This document shows positions 34,703-48,987 of a stretch of DNA of 64,000 nt, piece after piece. Origin of the DNA: Lepidodermella squamata (Eukaryota; Animalia; Gastrotricha). Every line of letters begins with the position of its first letter. Position 1 is the stretch's first letter. The translations under genes were made by a program, and so were the position numbers. The notes under the pieces were generated by a model. That model was given only the letters and a program-made list of their open reading frames with translations. It was not told the DNA's origin and ran no database searches. The stretch covers positions 1,302,001-1,366,000 of the forward strand of contig JBLDXI010000007.1 of the NCBI GenBank assembly GCA_047495785.1. Direction: 5' to 3'.

Positions 34703-37700
34703 CTAAGAACTCGTCCTCTCATCTATCAGTGACTCACTTGTCGACGGGTTGTAGCTTGTTCCCGACGAACATTCGAACGGTCGGCAGAAGCGTTCATCCG
34801 ACTCGTCGCCGCAATCGTCAATGCCGTTACAAATAGCTCGGAGACCTATGCATCGGCCGGTATTGCAACGGCGTTGACTGAACTGGTCACACCAGTTGTT
34901 GCCTCTTGGTCGCGATCCTCCCTGCCCAGGACAAGGTTTGCGAATGTCGACACAAGTATTGGTAGTGTTACACTTGTACATTCCGGAATCGCATGGACGG
35001 TAAACGCAGCCCTCTTCGTCAGACCCGTCGTCGCAATCGGGAGTTCCGTCACACATACTGTCGGACCAAATGCATTTGCCATCAGAGCACTTGAAGCTTG
35101 AAACAAAATTGACAAATTAAACGTATTACCTACAACTGATTCTAATTTTACAAGGAACAAAGAAATTCAAATTATATTCAAATATGATCAACTGACTGAA
35201 AAAATGGAAAATGAATTAGATAACAACCAGTTGTCACAGCATGGTCGATTACTGCAGCGTTGCTCATCGCTTCTGTCGGGGCAGTTGTTACTGCCGTCGC
35301 AGAACTTGTCTCCTAAAATGCAACGCCCATCACCTTGACAAGACTGCCCGCTCGGTCCGCAACCCAGACAGCGCCTCTCGTCGGTTCCATCGCCGCATTG
35401 ATCTACGCCATCGCACGCCCAGTCGCGGTAAATACAGCGCCCATTGTCGCACTTCGAACTAAACAGAAACAGATGAAATACGATTCGTTGAAAAGCCTTC
35501 TCACCAAATCTCGCAACAAGTCAGGTTGTTGCCCTGTCGACAGTTCGTCTCATCGTCAGCATCAGGACAATCGACTTTCTTATCGCAAACCTTCTGTCCG
35601 TCAATGCATTCGCCGGAAATAGGACATTTCCATTGATAATTAGCACAGCCAGTAAATCTGGGCGGCGAGATTGTTGTGGTTGATGAAGGTTCCGGGGTAT
35701 TGCGAGAGCCACATGACGACATGTCCATTAGCCAATTCATATCACTCTGGCAAATGGCAACTGCCGTCATTTCGACCGCTGCACTCGGCCATCCAGTGGT
35801 TCTCGGACACAAAAACTGAACAACTGAACCGACTTTGTTGCCATTCGACACTCTACCAACGGTGAAATTGCCGATTTGACTCAATGGTCGACATTCCGGT
35901 TGCGATTCTAACTTGACTCTGGCTTCATCAGTCTGTTTAACAAAAGCTGCGTGTTCATTGAGCGTGGAAGTTGCCAAGGCTGAATCGCCACCTGAGGCAA
36001 GGTAGTCGAAAATACACTGACGGGAAGTTCCACAAACTGCCCGTGCTTCTGCTGGAGCCGATTCGGGCCGAGCGTCGAAGTAAACAGGCTTGAAGTCTGG
36101 AAAGCGCATTGATTGAAACGACTGCCCTGAAGAATAACTGAATAGGCTCTGTTCGGGTGATCGGATCAACCATTTCATCATTTGATCATGAATTTGTTCA
36201 GCTGGTGAATTCGAAGCTAGAGTTGATCCATCCGGGCCAGTTAGATCATCGGCCAGGTTGTCATTGAAGTTCCCGTAAAGACCTGCAAACTTACCCTTGA
36301 AAACATCGCTAACTGCCGGTATCATTGTCAGCGTGCTAAAAGCTTTTTTGACAACGAGACTCATCGCCCTAGTAGCGATGGTGACGATGTGCCTATCAGG
36401 TGTAGCTGTCAGCGAGAATCCTGGCATACTAACCTGCAATGCGCTGTTCGACACCGCATTTGTTACTATTGATGTGCCGTTGATCAAAATATCCAGCCCA
36501 TTTTTCGTGGGATGTTGCTGAATTTGTATCCTTGTCGGTGAAGTGGAGCTCGGAATCTTGACAACCATCGCTGTCAGGTAGCTGGCTTGCCCCGATCCAG
36601 TCAAACGACCTTGAACAATTGGAAGCGACTTATTGACACCCTGCTTAGGTACGATCATGTTGAACTCCCCTCTCCCGTTGAATACGTAATACAGGCCGTC
36701 AAATGTGTTGAAATGAGGATCTCCAAAAACTGTTGCGGATTTCGGATCCGGACAAAGAGCGCATGCTACTTGGCAAGCGATAGCCGTGATGGGATTTAGA
36801 ATGGCGCATACAATTGGACAGAGAGCACAGAGGCATCGTTTTTGAGAACCAACATCGTAGAAATTGAAAAGATAATCTCTCGTTTCAGTGAATAGAGCGC
36901 CACTGGTCGTTTGCATCATCAAAATCCAATCGCTCATCGGCAAGCCGCAAACATCGGGCGAACTTTGAGTGTAACAATTGGAATGGCTGTCCAAGGCAGC
37001 TTGTTTCACTTGTTTGCATGACAGATTCGGGTCCAGCAGTGGCGTTGCAGCTTGTTGGAGACAGAGCCTTACGCTGTCAACCCATTGCTTACCGTCGTCG
37101 CTGAAAGAATCGTAATTTTCAGCATATTTGTTACAAAACCGCAACGCATAGGCCCTCGCATAGTCGTCTTCGCCACCACGGCAGGAAGGATGAGCCGGTT
37201 CAAGGCAGGTTTCATACCAAGAGCAGTCAATTCCTGTCGGTCGATTGCAGTTTGTTGCTTGGCGTTTTTGCCGACTCGGGTAACGATTTCTGTACGGGTT
37301 GCAAGCTTCTTCCGAGCAGATTGAAACTGATGGAGGATCCTGAGAATCTCCATCAACTGTTGCGAATCTGCAAGAACCTTTTCCGCAGAAAATTGGCCGG
37401 CTTAGCATTAAACCAATATCATTTCTTGCCAGAAGGCTCTCAACGTCCACTCCTGACCTGCCACTCCTGTAGCCAATGACCATCAGAAGCATTCCACCAA
37501 GTTCACCAGCATTGAAAGCTGGATTTGCTTTCAAATAGTACTTTTTCGACAACCTATCATTCGGAACAGCCCGAGCTAAATCTGTTAGAACGCTCCATGA
37601 ACTTGATGTGTCGCTCAAATAGATCAGGCTGACGTCGATTAGAGCCGAAGTGTCTCGAAAAGATTGGTTTGACCACTCCACTCGAAGAGCTACAATGGGC

Positions 37701-38872
37701 GAGTTGAGCTCACCGTTTCGAGCCACAAATTTGGCAGCAATTGTTGAAGATTCTTCATTATAGACTGTTTCGACAAATCCATTAAATATTGTCCCGTTCA
37801 AGCCTAGAGACAAGTTGACAGATATCCTTCCAATATCATGAAGAACCGGAACTTGGCATCGAACTGTAGGGACGCCTGCCAGCATGACGGCAGTTCCATT
37901 TACTCGGCGTGGGCCGCGCAGACTGTCCTGGAAGATGCACTGGGCAACTTCCGAATTAATGTCGAATAAAGGACCAGTTACATTGATTTCACTCCCTCCA
38001 AAAATGCTGACTCTTCTTGGACTAATCGAAACTGAATTCATTTGAGCAACGATCGAATTTGCTGTATCGGTTCTGAAGATCCACTTTCCTGGCTGGAAGA
38101 CGTTTGAAGAAGCTTCGGCTCCTCGAATTGTTCCAGTGCACGATCCCGGTACGGCGTAGAATGTCTTCCCATCGCCAGCATCAAATCCGATTTTAGCCGG
38201 CTTTCCGCTCAAACCCGTACAATACTCGCCACCACTTGCTGTACCTGTTGTCCAGGTAATTTTTTCAAAATTGAAAATAGCAAACATGCTGTTTCCGCCA
38301 TCTGTTGCTATAACTGCTTGAAATGTGTTTCGTGGGATTAAGGGACTGGAAGCGTTGTTGTTGAACATTCCGCAATTACCTGCTCCGTAATAAGTCACAT
38401 TCCACCACGTTACTATGAACAAAGCCATTGATTTGAAACTGGTCCCGTTGGATAGGCCAGCTGAATTGATTTCTCGATCAGCTTTTGCCAGCAGCCTACT
38501 CTCATTTGTCAGTCGATAGTAAACATTACCACCAAGATATCTGGTATCGACATCGGCCCAGAAAGGAGCAATCATTCGAATGCCAGCCCCATTGGCTTGA
38601 CAAAGAGGCGTGTAAGCCGAAATGCCAGCGTCGAAAGAGATGGCTCCGTTGACGTTGACGTAGAATCGGCCCTCCTTCCTGCCCAAGAATGGAAACAGCG
38701 GAGTGACATTGATGGCAGCTGATGAACTGTCATCGCCGCTTTCTAATAAGCGATCGCCATTGGTGTTACCGAAAGGAAAGAATTCACTAATTGAAACCCC
38801 AGCGGTAACGTTCGATATCCCAAATAACAGAAGTAGAAGACCACTACCGACCTGTATCGCTGCTACAAGCAT
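34703..38872 (-). CDS. Secreted NIDO + IPT-like + stanniocalcin-like + VWD + Sushi + LDLa repeat protein (SUSD2/mesh/MUC4-like), 3 exons
   Basis: NIDO ([26 protein letters not shown]), [17 protein letters not shown] module, ~5-6 LDLa repeats; exons ~38872-35505, ~35458-35228, ~35094-34703; no TM segment seen. Confidence 0.85.
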
Positions 38873-39854
38873 TATTCAAGTGTTTTTTACGATTGATTCT
38901 GTATTGACGTGTGAATGTAAAAGTTGTGTGCAGTGTTGTAAATTAAGACGCGTATCTCAGCCCAGCTTTTGTTATTTGCTGCTGTTTTTTGTCATACACC
39001 AGCAACAATTTGCCACGGCACAGTTGGCGTTTGCCGTTCTTTTTTTAGATGAACGTCGCTGTTATTTTCTTCTTCATCGTTGCACTTATCTAGGGATGCA
39101 GCTAACGAGGGCTGTTAAAGAGCTTACGATGAATCAGAAGTGCGTAGCCACGTTTTTTCTTAGTTGCTGAGGAGACGTTGTTTTTAATGGTAAGCCATAT
39201 CTAACCGAGCCCGAATTCATTTGTGTAAATGGATCCGAAAATTATTTGATAAAACAAAATGGAAATGATCTTTGGTCAACAGCGCTCATTTCGATCATCT
39301 TTTGGCATTTTGTGGCTTTGTTATGATTATCAATCCAGAAATTAATTTTGTGAAGTCTAGAATCGAGAATTTTCACGGATCAGCCATCATCAATACACTA
39401 AGCTCAGAATAAATTCGAGATTTCTGGAAATAACTACACAACTACAATCCTTTGCAAATATTGCCAGGAAATTTGTTTAACATGAACCAACATCCTTCCA
39501 TTTATGTTGCTGAATTGTTTCTCAGCCATTTGAAAAATTAATCCCTTGATTACCTATACCTGCATTACCTATACCGAGGTGGATCAGCTAAGTTTACCTA
39601 TTCATTTCATTTTGATGAAAATGCACTTCTATTGCAGTCATGTGACGTAAGTGTTAACGGAAGCAGGACTATCCCGATTTTTCGGAAGGTCGACACTGGA
39701 AGGTCACGCAACTGCTGCGCGTTGCCTTACACATATCAGCGCCTTGCGCATCTCTGAAGGGTGAAGGATGAGCACAGCGGCCGCACTTCCACCGAAGCAG
39801 GTGCAGCGCTCCTCCAGGATGCAGCCAGCCTCGCACTTTCATAGATCCAAGCAT

Positions 39855-41532
39855 CTAGTCTAGCTCTATTTTGGCAAAGGTTTTGCAGAACCCGGATAGT
39901 AGTCCAGCTTTCACAAGCGTTTCAACTCCCTGTACACCAAAGTTCTGCAACTCGAACGCGGGGACCGTTGCGGCTTTCAAAGCTAAAGAAAACTTTATTT
40001 CTGCTTCATTAAAATAGAGTTTCCTGTCAGACGAATATCGATATACTATAAATATATTTTAATTATAGCAATATAAGTTTATTCCATTGATAAGACACAA
40101 CTACAATTGTATAAGATAAGGTGCTGTTACTCACGAATGAATTTGTCAACAGTTTTTACTGACTGTTCGTTGAATTCGTCCCTGGATTTCTCCCATGAAG
40201 CTGTAATAGCCGCTTTTACAATCACATGAATGCGATCTAGCTTGCGAAGTGTTCGAACAAAGTACGGCATCGAACTTCGCCCCTCGAAGCAGATCTGCTT
40301 AGATTCAACCATTTTCAACGCCATTCTAAACCGCCTGCGAATTTGCGCCATAGGATGACAGATTCTCGCGACGTTCGCTAATAAATTGAATAAGCAGATG
40401 ATTGGTTATTTAGAAGAAATTATGCTCACGATTGAAAGCAAGGAGCATAAAAAGAATCGCGGATTCGAGAAAATTCGGCCTCCATTTTTCGAGAATCCTT
40501 CCAAGACTAGCAATTTCATTTTCCGCCTCCTAAAAACACGTGCTAATATCAAATCAAGTCAAATTAAAAACTACCAAAAACTGACATCTAGACCGGGGCA
40601 CATTTTTGTTAGTAGCTTCAGTGTTTTTGGGTTAACTTGATACTTGAAAGAATTCGACGGCATGGCGCAGAAAGCCGTGATGATGGTTAGAAAACTCGTT
40701 GATATCACTGTAGATTTCTCAATTGCACCAAAGCCAAAAGCATCTGAAACGAGTTTAGGCTTAAAACTAAACTCGAATTAAAATAGACTATGACTCCAAA
40801 CCTTGCAGGAAGCCAGCAAATTGATCCCCTATGTCGTTTATTTGAGCTATCTGCTTCACACTTAATTCTCGAACAAGACATTCGTCCAACGGTCCGTCAT
40901 ACACTTTTAAGGGTAACTGATAGAAATTATTTAGTATAGCTATCTATCTATATATCTTTGTAAAATCTTACAAATTCGAGCCCTATAAGAAGGGTGACAG
41001 CATGGGTAGATGTAAGTAGAGCCCTTTCAATCTCAGAGGCTCCATGGAATGCCGGCTCGAAGTGCAAGGAGGATGACATTGACGAACGACTATCCGACGA
41101 ATCCATTATAGCTAGTTGAAGTTCAGCTGAAGTTGAAGAGTTACGCTTAACCTCAATAGCGCCTTTGCCTGAAAAATTAACGTAGATATGGAAAATGAAT
41201 CACAAAATTAAGCTGCTATACTTAGCATTCCAGCTTCAATGCATCGCTCCAAGCGGCATCGTCCACACAAGCGGCGAATTTTCGGCTCGACTTTGCAGTC
41301 ATTAGTACCACTGATGCACGTCATGTCTTCGAGATACGCCGCATTTCGGCTGAAGAATTTCTGGCAAGCGAAGCATATTTTCGGCTGATACAACTTTCGC
41401 CGCGGCACTCTGATGCCACACACCTGAATGAAAAGTTTCCTAGTTAGATAAGTCCGCCTATAAAGCAGAACATACGCGGCAAAACTCGACTCGTCGCAGT
41501 TTGTCCTCCTCAGGGGCTGATTTACGTGGCAT
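39855..41532 (-). CDS. Divergent nuclear hormone receptor, multi-exon
   Basis: CR|VC-X14-CFACQKFFSR, CISGTNDC...CGRCRLERCIEAGM C4 zinc fingers; further small exons downstream; the 3' end and LBD extent are uncertain. Confidence 0.7.
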
Positions 41533-42382
41533 GTTAATGCTACAATAACCGAACGATGAGTGTTAGGGAACGTTGCAAAGAATGCATTAAATAGGGTTAC
41601 CTATGCATGGCAGGGCATTTTCCCAAACCTGACGGACACATTTTCTGACGCACACAGACAACTCAGACAACGTAGGATATTCTAGATCTAGAACTACTGT
41701 GTCAGTCGATCAATAATCACCGCGCTTTTGCATCATTTATAAGCTGCAGTGTCTAAATAGTTGATATGGCTTTGGCGGCTAGAAATATCAGCATGGCGTT
41801 TATAGTGATCTGGCGTGGTGAAGCTGAAGCGTGGTCAATGCACTTGGGGACATCGTGCGATACACCTAAAGACCTGCTCGCGCAGGGCGGAGGGTTCAAG
41901 CGGAATGGTTGCCGATTATTGTCAGATACCATCTGATCAGAAGCATAGCAATCCCTCTAATCACTGTACTCTGCACGCCATTCGGTTTAGCGATACTTAT
42001 AAGACGGCTTCTTTCCTGTCCTCGCTGAATCTGTCTTGCAATTATATGTTGTTTTCCCTAACATTGTATCCTGTGGCTTTAAAATAAATGAATAAAAACG
42101 CTCCGAAAAAAATGGATTCTGTGGGTCTGGCATGGGATCCAGTTATTGCACTGGGCCTGAAAAAGAGCTTATCTGTAAGCTTCTGGAGAATTTGCTGCCC
42201 TAGCGAGCTAGCGAGCTAGAATATTTAGCTATAGAATTCGGCATTTAGGACAATAATTACTGCTACGGAAAATGAAAAAAGTTCAGTTCTGTGGCTGAAG
42301 AGCAGAAAGGAAAAGACGTGCGAAGAATAATTTTAACCAAATTATGGTTCTCACGAATGTCTAATGAACCTAGTCTAATGCG

Positions 42383-43383
42383 ATGAAGGCTCAAAAACTC
42401 TTCTCCCTGTTCACGTTAGTCGAATTTGCGAAGGCCGCAATCGATGCCTTCGATCCAGCAAAATGCGGCTTTGGTTCAACGCTGGACAACTACGATTATC
42501 CTCATGACTTCGGTGGCAATTCTAGCCGGTTTGGGAAGTATTATCGAAAGCAACGTAACCACGCTGCAGCGAGGATTGTCAACGGCGCAGACGCAGTGCC
42601 AGGACAATTTCCGTACCAAGTCCTTTTCCTACTTGAAGGTTATAACACGAAAACGGCAGAGGAAGTGAGGAGACGATGCGGAGCTGCATTGATAGATTTG
42701 CACTGGGTTCTGACCGCTGAGCATTGCTTTGACGACTTGAACCCTCTAGACAAGGTTGTGCTCTTGTTCGGAGGCACTAAAGTAAAACCTGGGAATTTTG
42801 CGCAGCGACGTAGGATGAGGCCAGGTATCAATCTTGTTTACTTCAAGCAGCCTGATTACCCCTTGAAAACCCATTCCTACGACCTGGCACTGGTAAAAAT
42901 CATTCGTAAGTATAACCGTCTTCCCTATTTCCATGGAATTCATTCTCATTTTTAGCTCCTTTGCCGTACTACGATAATCTTTTCAATCCGATTTGCCTGC
43001 CGACGAGCCCGCCAAGGCTCCACACCGGAGTGGTGATAGCTGGTTGGGGTAAAAATGAACTCGGCCGCTATTCTAATGTTCTTAAAAAGATATCGCGAAC
43101 TTTGCTGCCCGGGCAAACATGCATTGATTTTCATTACCCGGAATTTGACAGTAATGTTGAAGTATGCGCGACAAGTGGATCGCTGAACGGCGATTCTGGG
43201 GGTGCGTGGGCTGCCGCTGATGAGCCGTTTGGAGCTGTTGTTGGCCGGAAATGGACGGTTTTTGGCATTACCAGCTCGGTATTCCGTTACAGCCTCACTG
43301 GGCGGCTTACTGAAATTCAAGGCGGGGCTGCGATCACTCCCGAAGTTATCAATTGGATCAGGGACATTACCAGTAGATTTTGA
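42383..43383 (+). CDS. Secreted S1 serine protease, copy 2; intron 42906-42955
   Basis: R|IVNG, TAEHC, YDLAL, GDSGG; intron at the same position as in copy 1. Confidence 0.85.
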
Positions 43384-44807
43384 GTGCTTTTCACAGAATG
43401 GGATATTCAGGGATAATAAAAATATCAACCCTTCGGAATGATTCTCCGAAACGCAACACATAGAAAAAGAAATGCGGTTTGTGGTTGATAATTGTTCTCC
43501 TCGGCGCGCGAAAATCAGGCTTCAGTTCATAGGCTGCAAAACGGCCTATGAACCCAGCAAACCATGCATTTTTACACTCTACGCAGTGCAAGGCTCATCA
43601 AACCCATCGCTGGAATGAATAATATATTGTCATGATCCCCCAAGTAGACGCATTTGGCCGTAGCTGAAAACTGATGGCATGTGAAACGTGAAATTAACTG
43701 TCCGGTATCCCAAGTCGTGAACATATTACATATCACTTGAATTACGCAAGCCCAGGTGGTGATAGCCATAAAAGCCGGCCATCCATTTCACTCCTTGACT
43801 CATTGTTATGCTGTTGATGTACAATTGTTCGGCTTCACTTTCAATTGTTAACAGGTGAGCATTGGTTTGCTGACAAATAGCCTTAGCTTCGGCGTGAAAT
43901 CTTGGCAGTTTTTATATTACGTAGCAACTTCCCCCAAATAATATTATTATTATTAATAAATTTGGCAAGTCTGACGTATACGTTTCGTCTCGGCCAAGAG
44001 ACTCATCAGAGACCTTGATTAAGAAAGTTAACTGGCCACGCAATCTAGCATGGATTCCCATTAACTATTCGAAACCTTCTAAGTAAATCAAATTTGAACT
44101 CCATTGCGTGAAACTCGAACAACTTTTTACGGTGGATGATTTAAACGCGCAAGAGCCAACATTATCTATTATATAATTGTAGTTTTTCGTATCGATGGAA
44201 TAAATTTGAACTTGTTACCATGATTAAACAATTTTAAAATATGTGAAAAACAAACATGGAGGCACAGAATATTAAGTTATGCGTGAAACTCTTCAATCTA
44301 ACTTCCCATTAGATGATTGTGGCTTATTGCGGCTGCATTGAGCCATGCGCCAACATTTCAGTCTTAATTCTGAGTGAAAAATCCCCTCATGGGCGATATT
44401 GCCCATCGACGTTTCCTGGCCACAGTTAGCCACAGTTGGCCACAGTGGCCAACTTTGCGGTTTTGAGTTATAGGTAATTAAGAGTGACAGCAGCAACCGC
44501 GTATCGCGGAACCGAAATTACATATCGCAATATCGCTCTAATCCGTTTCTTTCGCTTTAAAGTTAAAATTACCCCTCCAAAATATTGCCCGAATGTCCTG
44601 GGATGCTCTTGTCGAGAGAGATTCGATGAGAGCCGTTCAATCACTCTGCTATCATGGCTTGGTACCAAGGCGAAAAATGCAAGAAGAAAGTCTACCCGGC
44701 GGCTGGGAAAAAAAATGGGATAAGGCACATAGCTACTAACATAAAAATAACCAGTTTAGCGTCGATCCCGATTGACTTGTTATACTCATTCTGCGTTTTC
44801 CAGTCTG

Positions 44808-44925
44808 GTTAGATGGCAAAAGATGTTGGTTAGATGGATAAAGATATCAAAACTTATTTAGATGAAAAAAGACGAGAAAACCCCGTTAGATGAAAAAAGA
44901 TTTTGGTTAGATGAAAAAAGATTGA
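44808..44925. repeat. Short degenerate direct repeats (ttagatgaaaaaaga-like, 5 copies)
   Basis: Motif ttagatg(g/a).aaaga repeated five times with variable spacers. Confidence 0.55.
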
Positions 44926-44970
44926 CCCTTCTTTGTTCTATTCTTTTATTTTCATTTTTTATTTTCTTTA

Positions 44971-45850
44971 TTGGAGAAAGTTACATCTTTTAAATATTTA
45001 GGTAGCATCATCACATCAGACGGTAAAATGGACGAAGAAATCAAAGCTCGCCTAGCGAAAGCTGGCAGCTGTTTTGGTGTACTGAACAAGTTAATGTGCA
45101 ACAGAAAACATATAAGCCTAGCAAACAAATTGAAAGTTTTAAAGTGCGTGGTAATTCCTACCGTCACCTACGCCTGTGAAACCTGGAACATAACTACTAA
45201 ACAAGAACAAAGGTTAAATGTCACTTTCATGCGCTGGCTTAGAACCATTATGGGATTTTTCAGAACAGATCATATTCCTAACATCGATATTAGGTTGATC
45301 TGTGACGTTTCGGAATTAAGTAAAATAATTGAAAAGCATCGTTTGAAATATTTCGGTCACATAGTTCGCCAAGATGAGTATGACACTGAAAGTCTCACGA
45401 ATGCTATGTATTATTGGAAAGCGGTCGACCCGAGTTGGTGCTTGCCTCGCGGTAAACCGCCAACCCGCTGGGCCGATAGCTTGAAAAGGAGTCTTTTTAA
45501 AGTCGGCTTGTTTGAAATTTATGTGAAACATATTAGAAATTCAAATGAACCAGTTAAACGCGGTAGACCTCGTAAGTCAACCCTGTTAATGCGACGCACT
45601 GAAATTCACAAAATTGCGGATGTAGAATTAGCGGAAATAACTGCCAGGGATCGGGATGAATGGCAATTAGTGTGCAATAGCATCGAAAATTATGAATTTT
45701 TGGGCAAAAGCAGGTTGTTCGCGACCGATCTGTCGGCCACAGACGCCGATCGCCTGCCGTCAACCGTCCCCTAAACCCTCACGGGTAAGGCTTTCTCCTT
45801 TTTTTCTATTCAATTACCATCACAATGCCTGAAAGGAGGACGTAAAATAA
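44971..45850 (+). mobile_element. 5'-truncated RTE-like non-LTR retrotransposon (RT thumb/C-terminus + 3' UTR)
   Basis: EKVTSFKYLGSII...EEIKARLAKA...TYACETW...RLKYFGHIVR...RGKPPTRWAD...ARDRDEW; 3' tail gaaaggaggacgtaaaataaaa. Confidence 0.85.
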
Positions 45851-45934
45851 AACATATTCATTTGGTCATTTGGTCATTTTATTTTCTTTATTTTCATTTT
45901 TCTATTCATTTTTCATTTTTTTCTAACCATCAAA

Positions 45935-46810
45935 CTTTCTGTCCGCTACAGCACCCGTTTGATCAGCTGCAATGTTTTTCTCGCGTAGATGAGTCTGTCC
46001 ACGGGCTAGGCAGTGAAGTTATCAATTGCTATTATTCATATTAATGATAAATGTTAGCGAATAAGAATTTCAGCGATGCGAGCAGGGAAAATATTCTAGC
46101 GTCAAGTTCACATCTCGCAGGTTCAGCTGCCGTGTTTCGCGCCCGTTTGCCGCTAGCTTCGAAAATGTACGCCAACGCAAGCCTATAAATGTGCCTGTAG
46201 AAGCCTGTAGAAATTATTTTTTGGACTTTTAAGGTAAATTCAAGTTGATATTTGATATCACCTAAAGTCATGTTCATGAAAGTGGCACTCATCTTCACTC
46301 TACTTGTCGCTGTTGCATGCGCCCAGCGTAAGGACTTATTTCTCGTTTAGTAGTAGTATGCATCATACGCGTTTTTCTCTCAACAGAATTCAAACGCACG
46401 ACTAAAGAATGTCTAAATTCAAGGCCATCAAATCTAATCGAGTTAAAATCTGGATTTGGTGAATCCGCTTGCAGCACACGTTGCCGTTTTCTAAGCGAAT
46501 GCAGAGCCTTTAAATACAGAACTTTATCGCGCTCCTGCTATCTTTTGACTTCTTGCTCTGAATCTGGCACGGCTAACCCGTTAGATGGGGTCTACGTCAA
46601 AGTTTAACTCCGAGCGAAGTCTGCCAGTGGATATACAAAGGAGAGCAATGTGGAGAGATGAGATGAGATGAGATGAGATATGCGCATTGCAGGCTTGACC
46701 AACTACAAAATAAAATAAAGCTTTTTAAACTCTAGTTTTTTTGAATACTCACCCTTAAAAATAAACGATACGGGAATTAAGCGATTAATTGCTTCATTGC
46801 CGGATCGTGT
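45935..46810 (+). repeat. Left arm of inverted segmental duplication (partner 50338-51250)
   Basis: Promoter, PAN gene and 3' flank blocks match the reverse complement of 50338-51250. Confidence 0.75.
46270..46607 (+). CDS. Small secreted PAN/apple-domain protein (exons 46270-46327, 46387-46607); not in the ORF track
   Basis: MFMKVALIFTLLVAVACAQ|QFKRTTKEC...ACSTRCRFLSECRAFKY....SCYLLTSC; TATA cctataaa ~46182. Confidence 0.75.
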
Positions 46811-47690
46811 AGCGTATTTGGATTTATGCGCACCTACTTGCTCAGCTAATAGACTATCTCGAATAATACTCTGTCTACTGTAATGCTGATTATAGCAAAC
46901 AAAAAGCGACAAACACCTGTCTAGAATTTTATCTTATGAAATCATGCCGCAAGTTGTAATTGTGGCTGAAAAAGGCTTCAAGAAAGGCAAACATTCGATT
47001 CATCGATAATTGACCAACTTCGATGTGTAAATAGGCCTGATAATACAACATAACCGTCGTGTGTGCGGCAAAAAATCTCCAAGAGAATTAAAAGAGATAA
47101 ATCGAAAAAGCAAGGGCTTTATTTAAGGATTTTCAGTCAAAGCTGTTATCGAGGCCATAATTAGGGGCAACTGAAAAGGGGCGGGCCATTTCGACCGGCG
47201 ACGCATCATTATCGCGCTAGTTTCACTTTTTTTGCTGATAGGACTTTTTGGTGGATTTTTTATTTATTGCTCCTGTTTGTCCAAGGTTGTTGTTCGAGTC
47301 ATCACCATTTTTTTCGTGATTGAAAATTGTTCTTTCATATCACTTTTGATGCCTTGCGCCATGAAGATAGCACTTTCCTGTTTGGAAAAATGAACACGAC
47401 AAAATCAACCAAAATGGAGATCAACCAATATGTTCCATGGCGAATTTTGAGGTTTTCAGATGATTGACCTCAATTTCGATAGTTTTCTTGCCCCACAGCC
47501 AACGTATTCGTATTGAAATTAAAAAATTTAATTAAATTTAATTCTTAATTAAAATTAAACACGGTCACAGCTAATCACCAAGCCTGTTTTTTGTCTCAAA
47601 TTTTAAATTTTTACCATAGTACCTATACCAAATGCTGTGATAGAGCTTTAATAACTAAATGTCGACTCGAACACTGTTGCAACAACTTGT

Positions 47691-47706
47691 GGCCCTGAAA
47701 AGGGCC
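47691..47706 (-). promoter_or_regulatory. Histone 3' stem-loop (H3)
   Basis: GGCCCTTTTCAGGGCC followed by ACAA on the minus strand, downstream of the H3 stop. Confidence 0.9.
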
Positions 47707-47761
47707 GGTCGGTACGCCTAAATGATGACGGTTCAGGCGATTTATTCAGAGCGCAAGGCAA

Positions 47762-48193
<432 letters not shown>

Positions 48194-48347
48194 TTACGAA
48201 TTAAAACCGACAATTTCGCCTCGTTTTCACAGGGTATTTAAATCGCAGGGTGCACACGTGGCATAATTGAACGCGTGCTGCTACGCAAATATGGCGCCAA
48301 TTTTGGCGGGAAAGTTGCCTTTAAAACAACGAGATTGCGTCTCGTAA

Positions 48348-48722
<375 letters not shown>

Positions 48723-48779
48723 GAGCTGTGTTATCGATGGGACGCCTTAACACCGGTGTCGCCAAACAGCCAACTAACC

Positions 48780-48795
48780 GGCCCTTTTCAGGGCC
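48780..48795 (+). promoter_or_regulatory. Histone 3' stem-loop (H4)
   Basis: GGCCCTTTTCAGGGCC followed by ACAA. Confidence 0.9.
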
Positions 48796-48987
48796 ACAAG
48801 TTATTGCAACAGTGTTCATATTCGAAGAGGCACGCCAAAATAACCTGATTGAAATTCTTCGCCCCTAAAATTGAAAGAATTTTAAGAGGATATTTTTTGA
48901 TATTTCCAAGCTTTTTGAGAAATGAGATCGACAGAGATAAGTAATGAATAAAAAGGCGAATACCTATATTCGATCCAGGTAGCACTT

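Noticed and set aside
44808-44925. Repeat-spacer array resembling a mini-CRISPR
   Set aside because: Repeats are ~15 bp and degenerate with irregular short spacers; more likely TE subterminal repeats.
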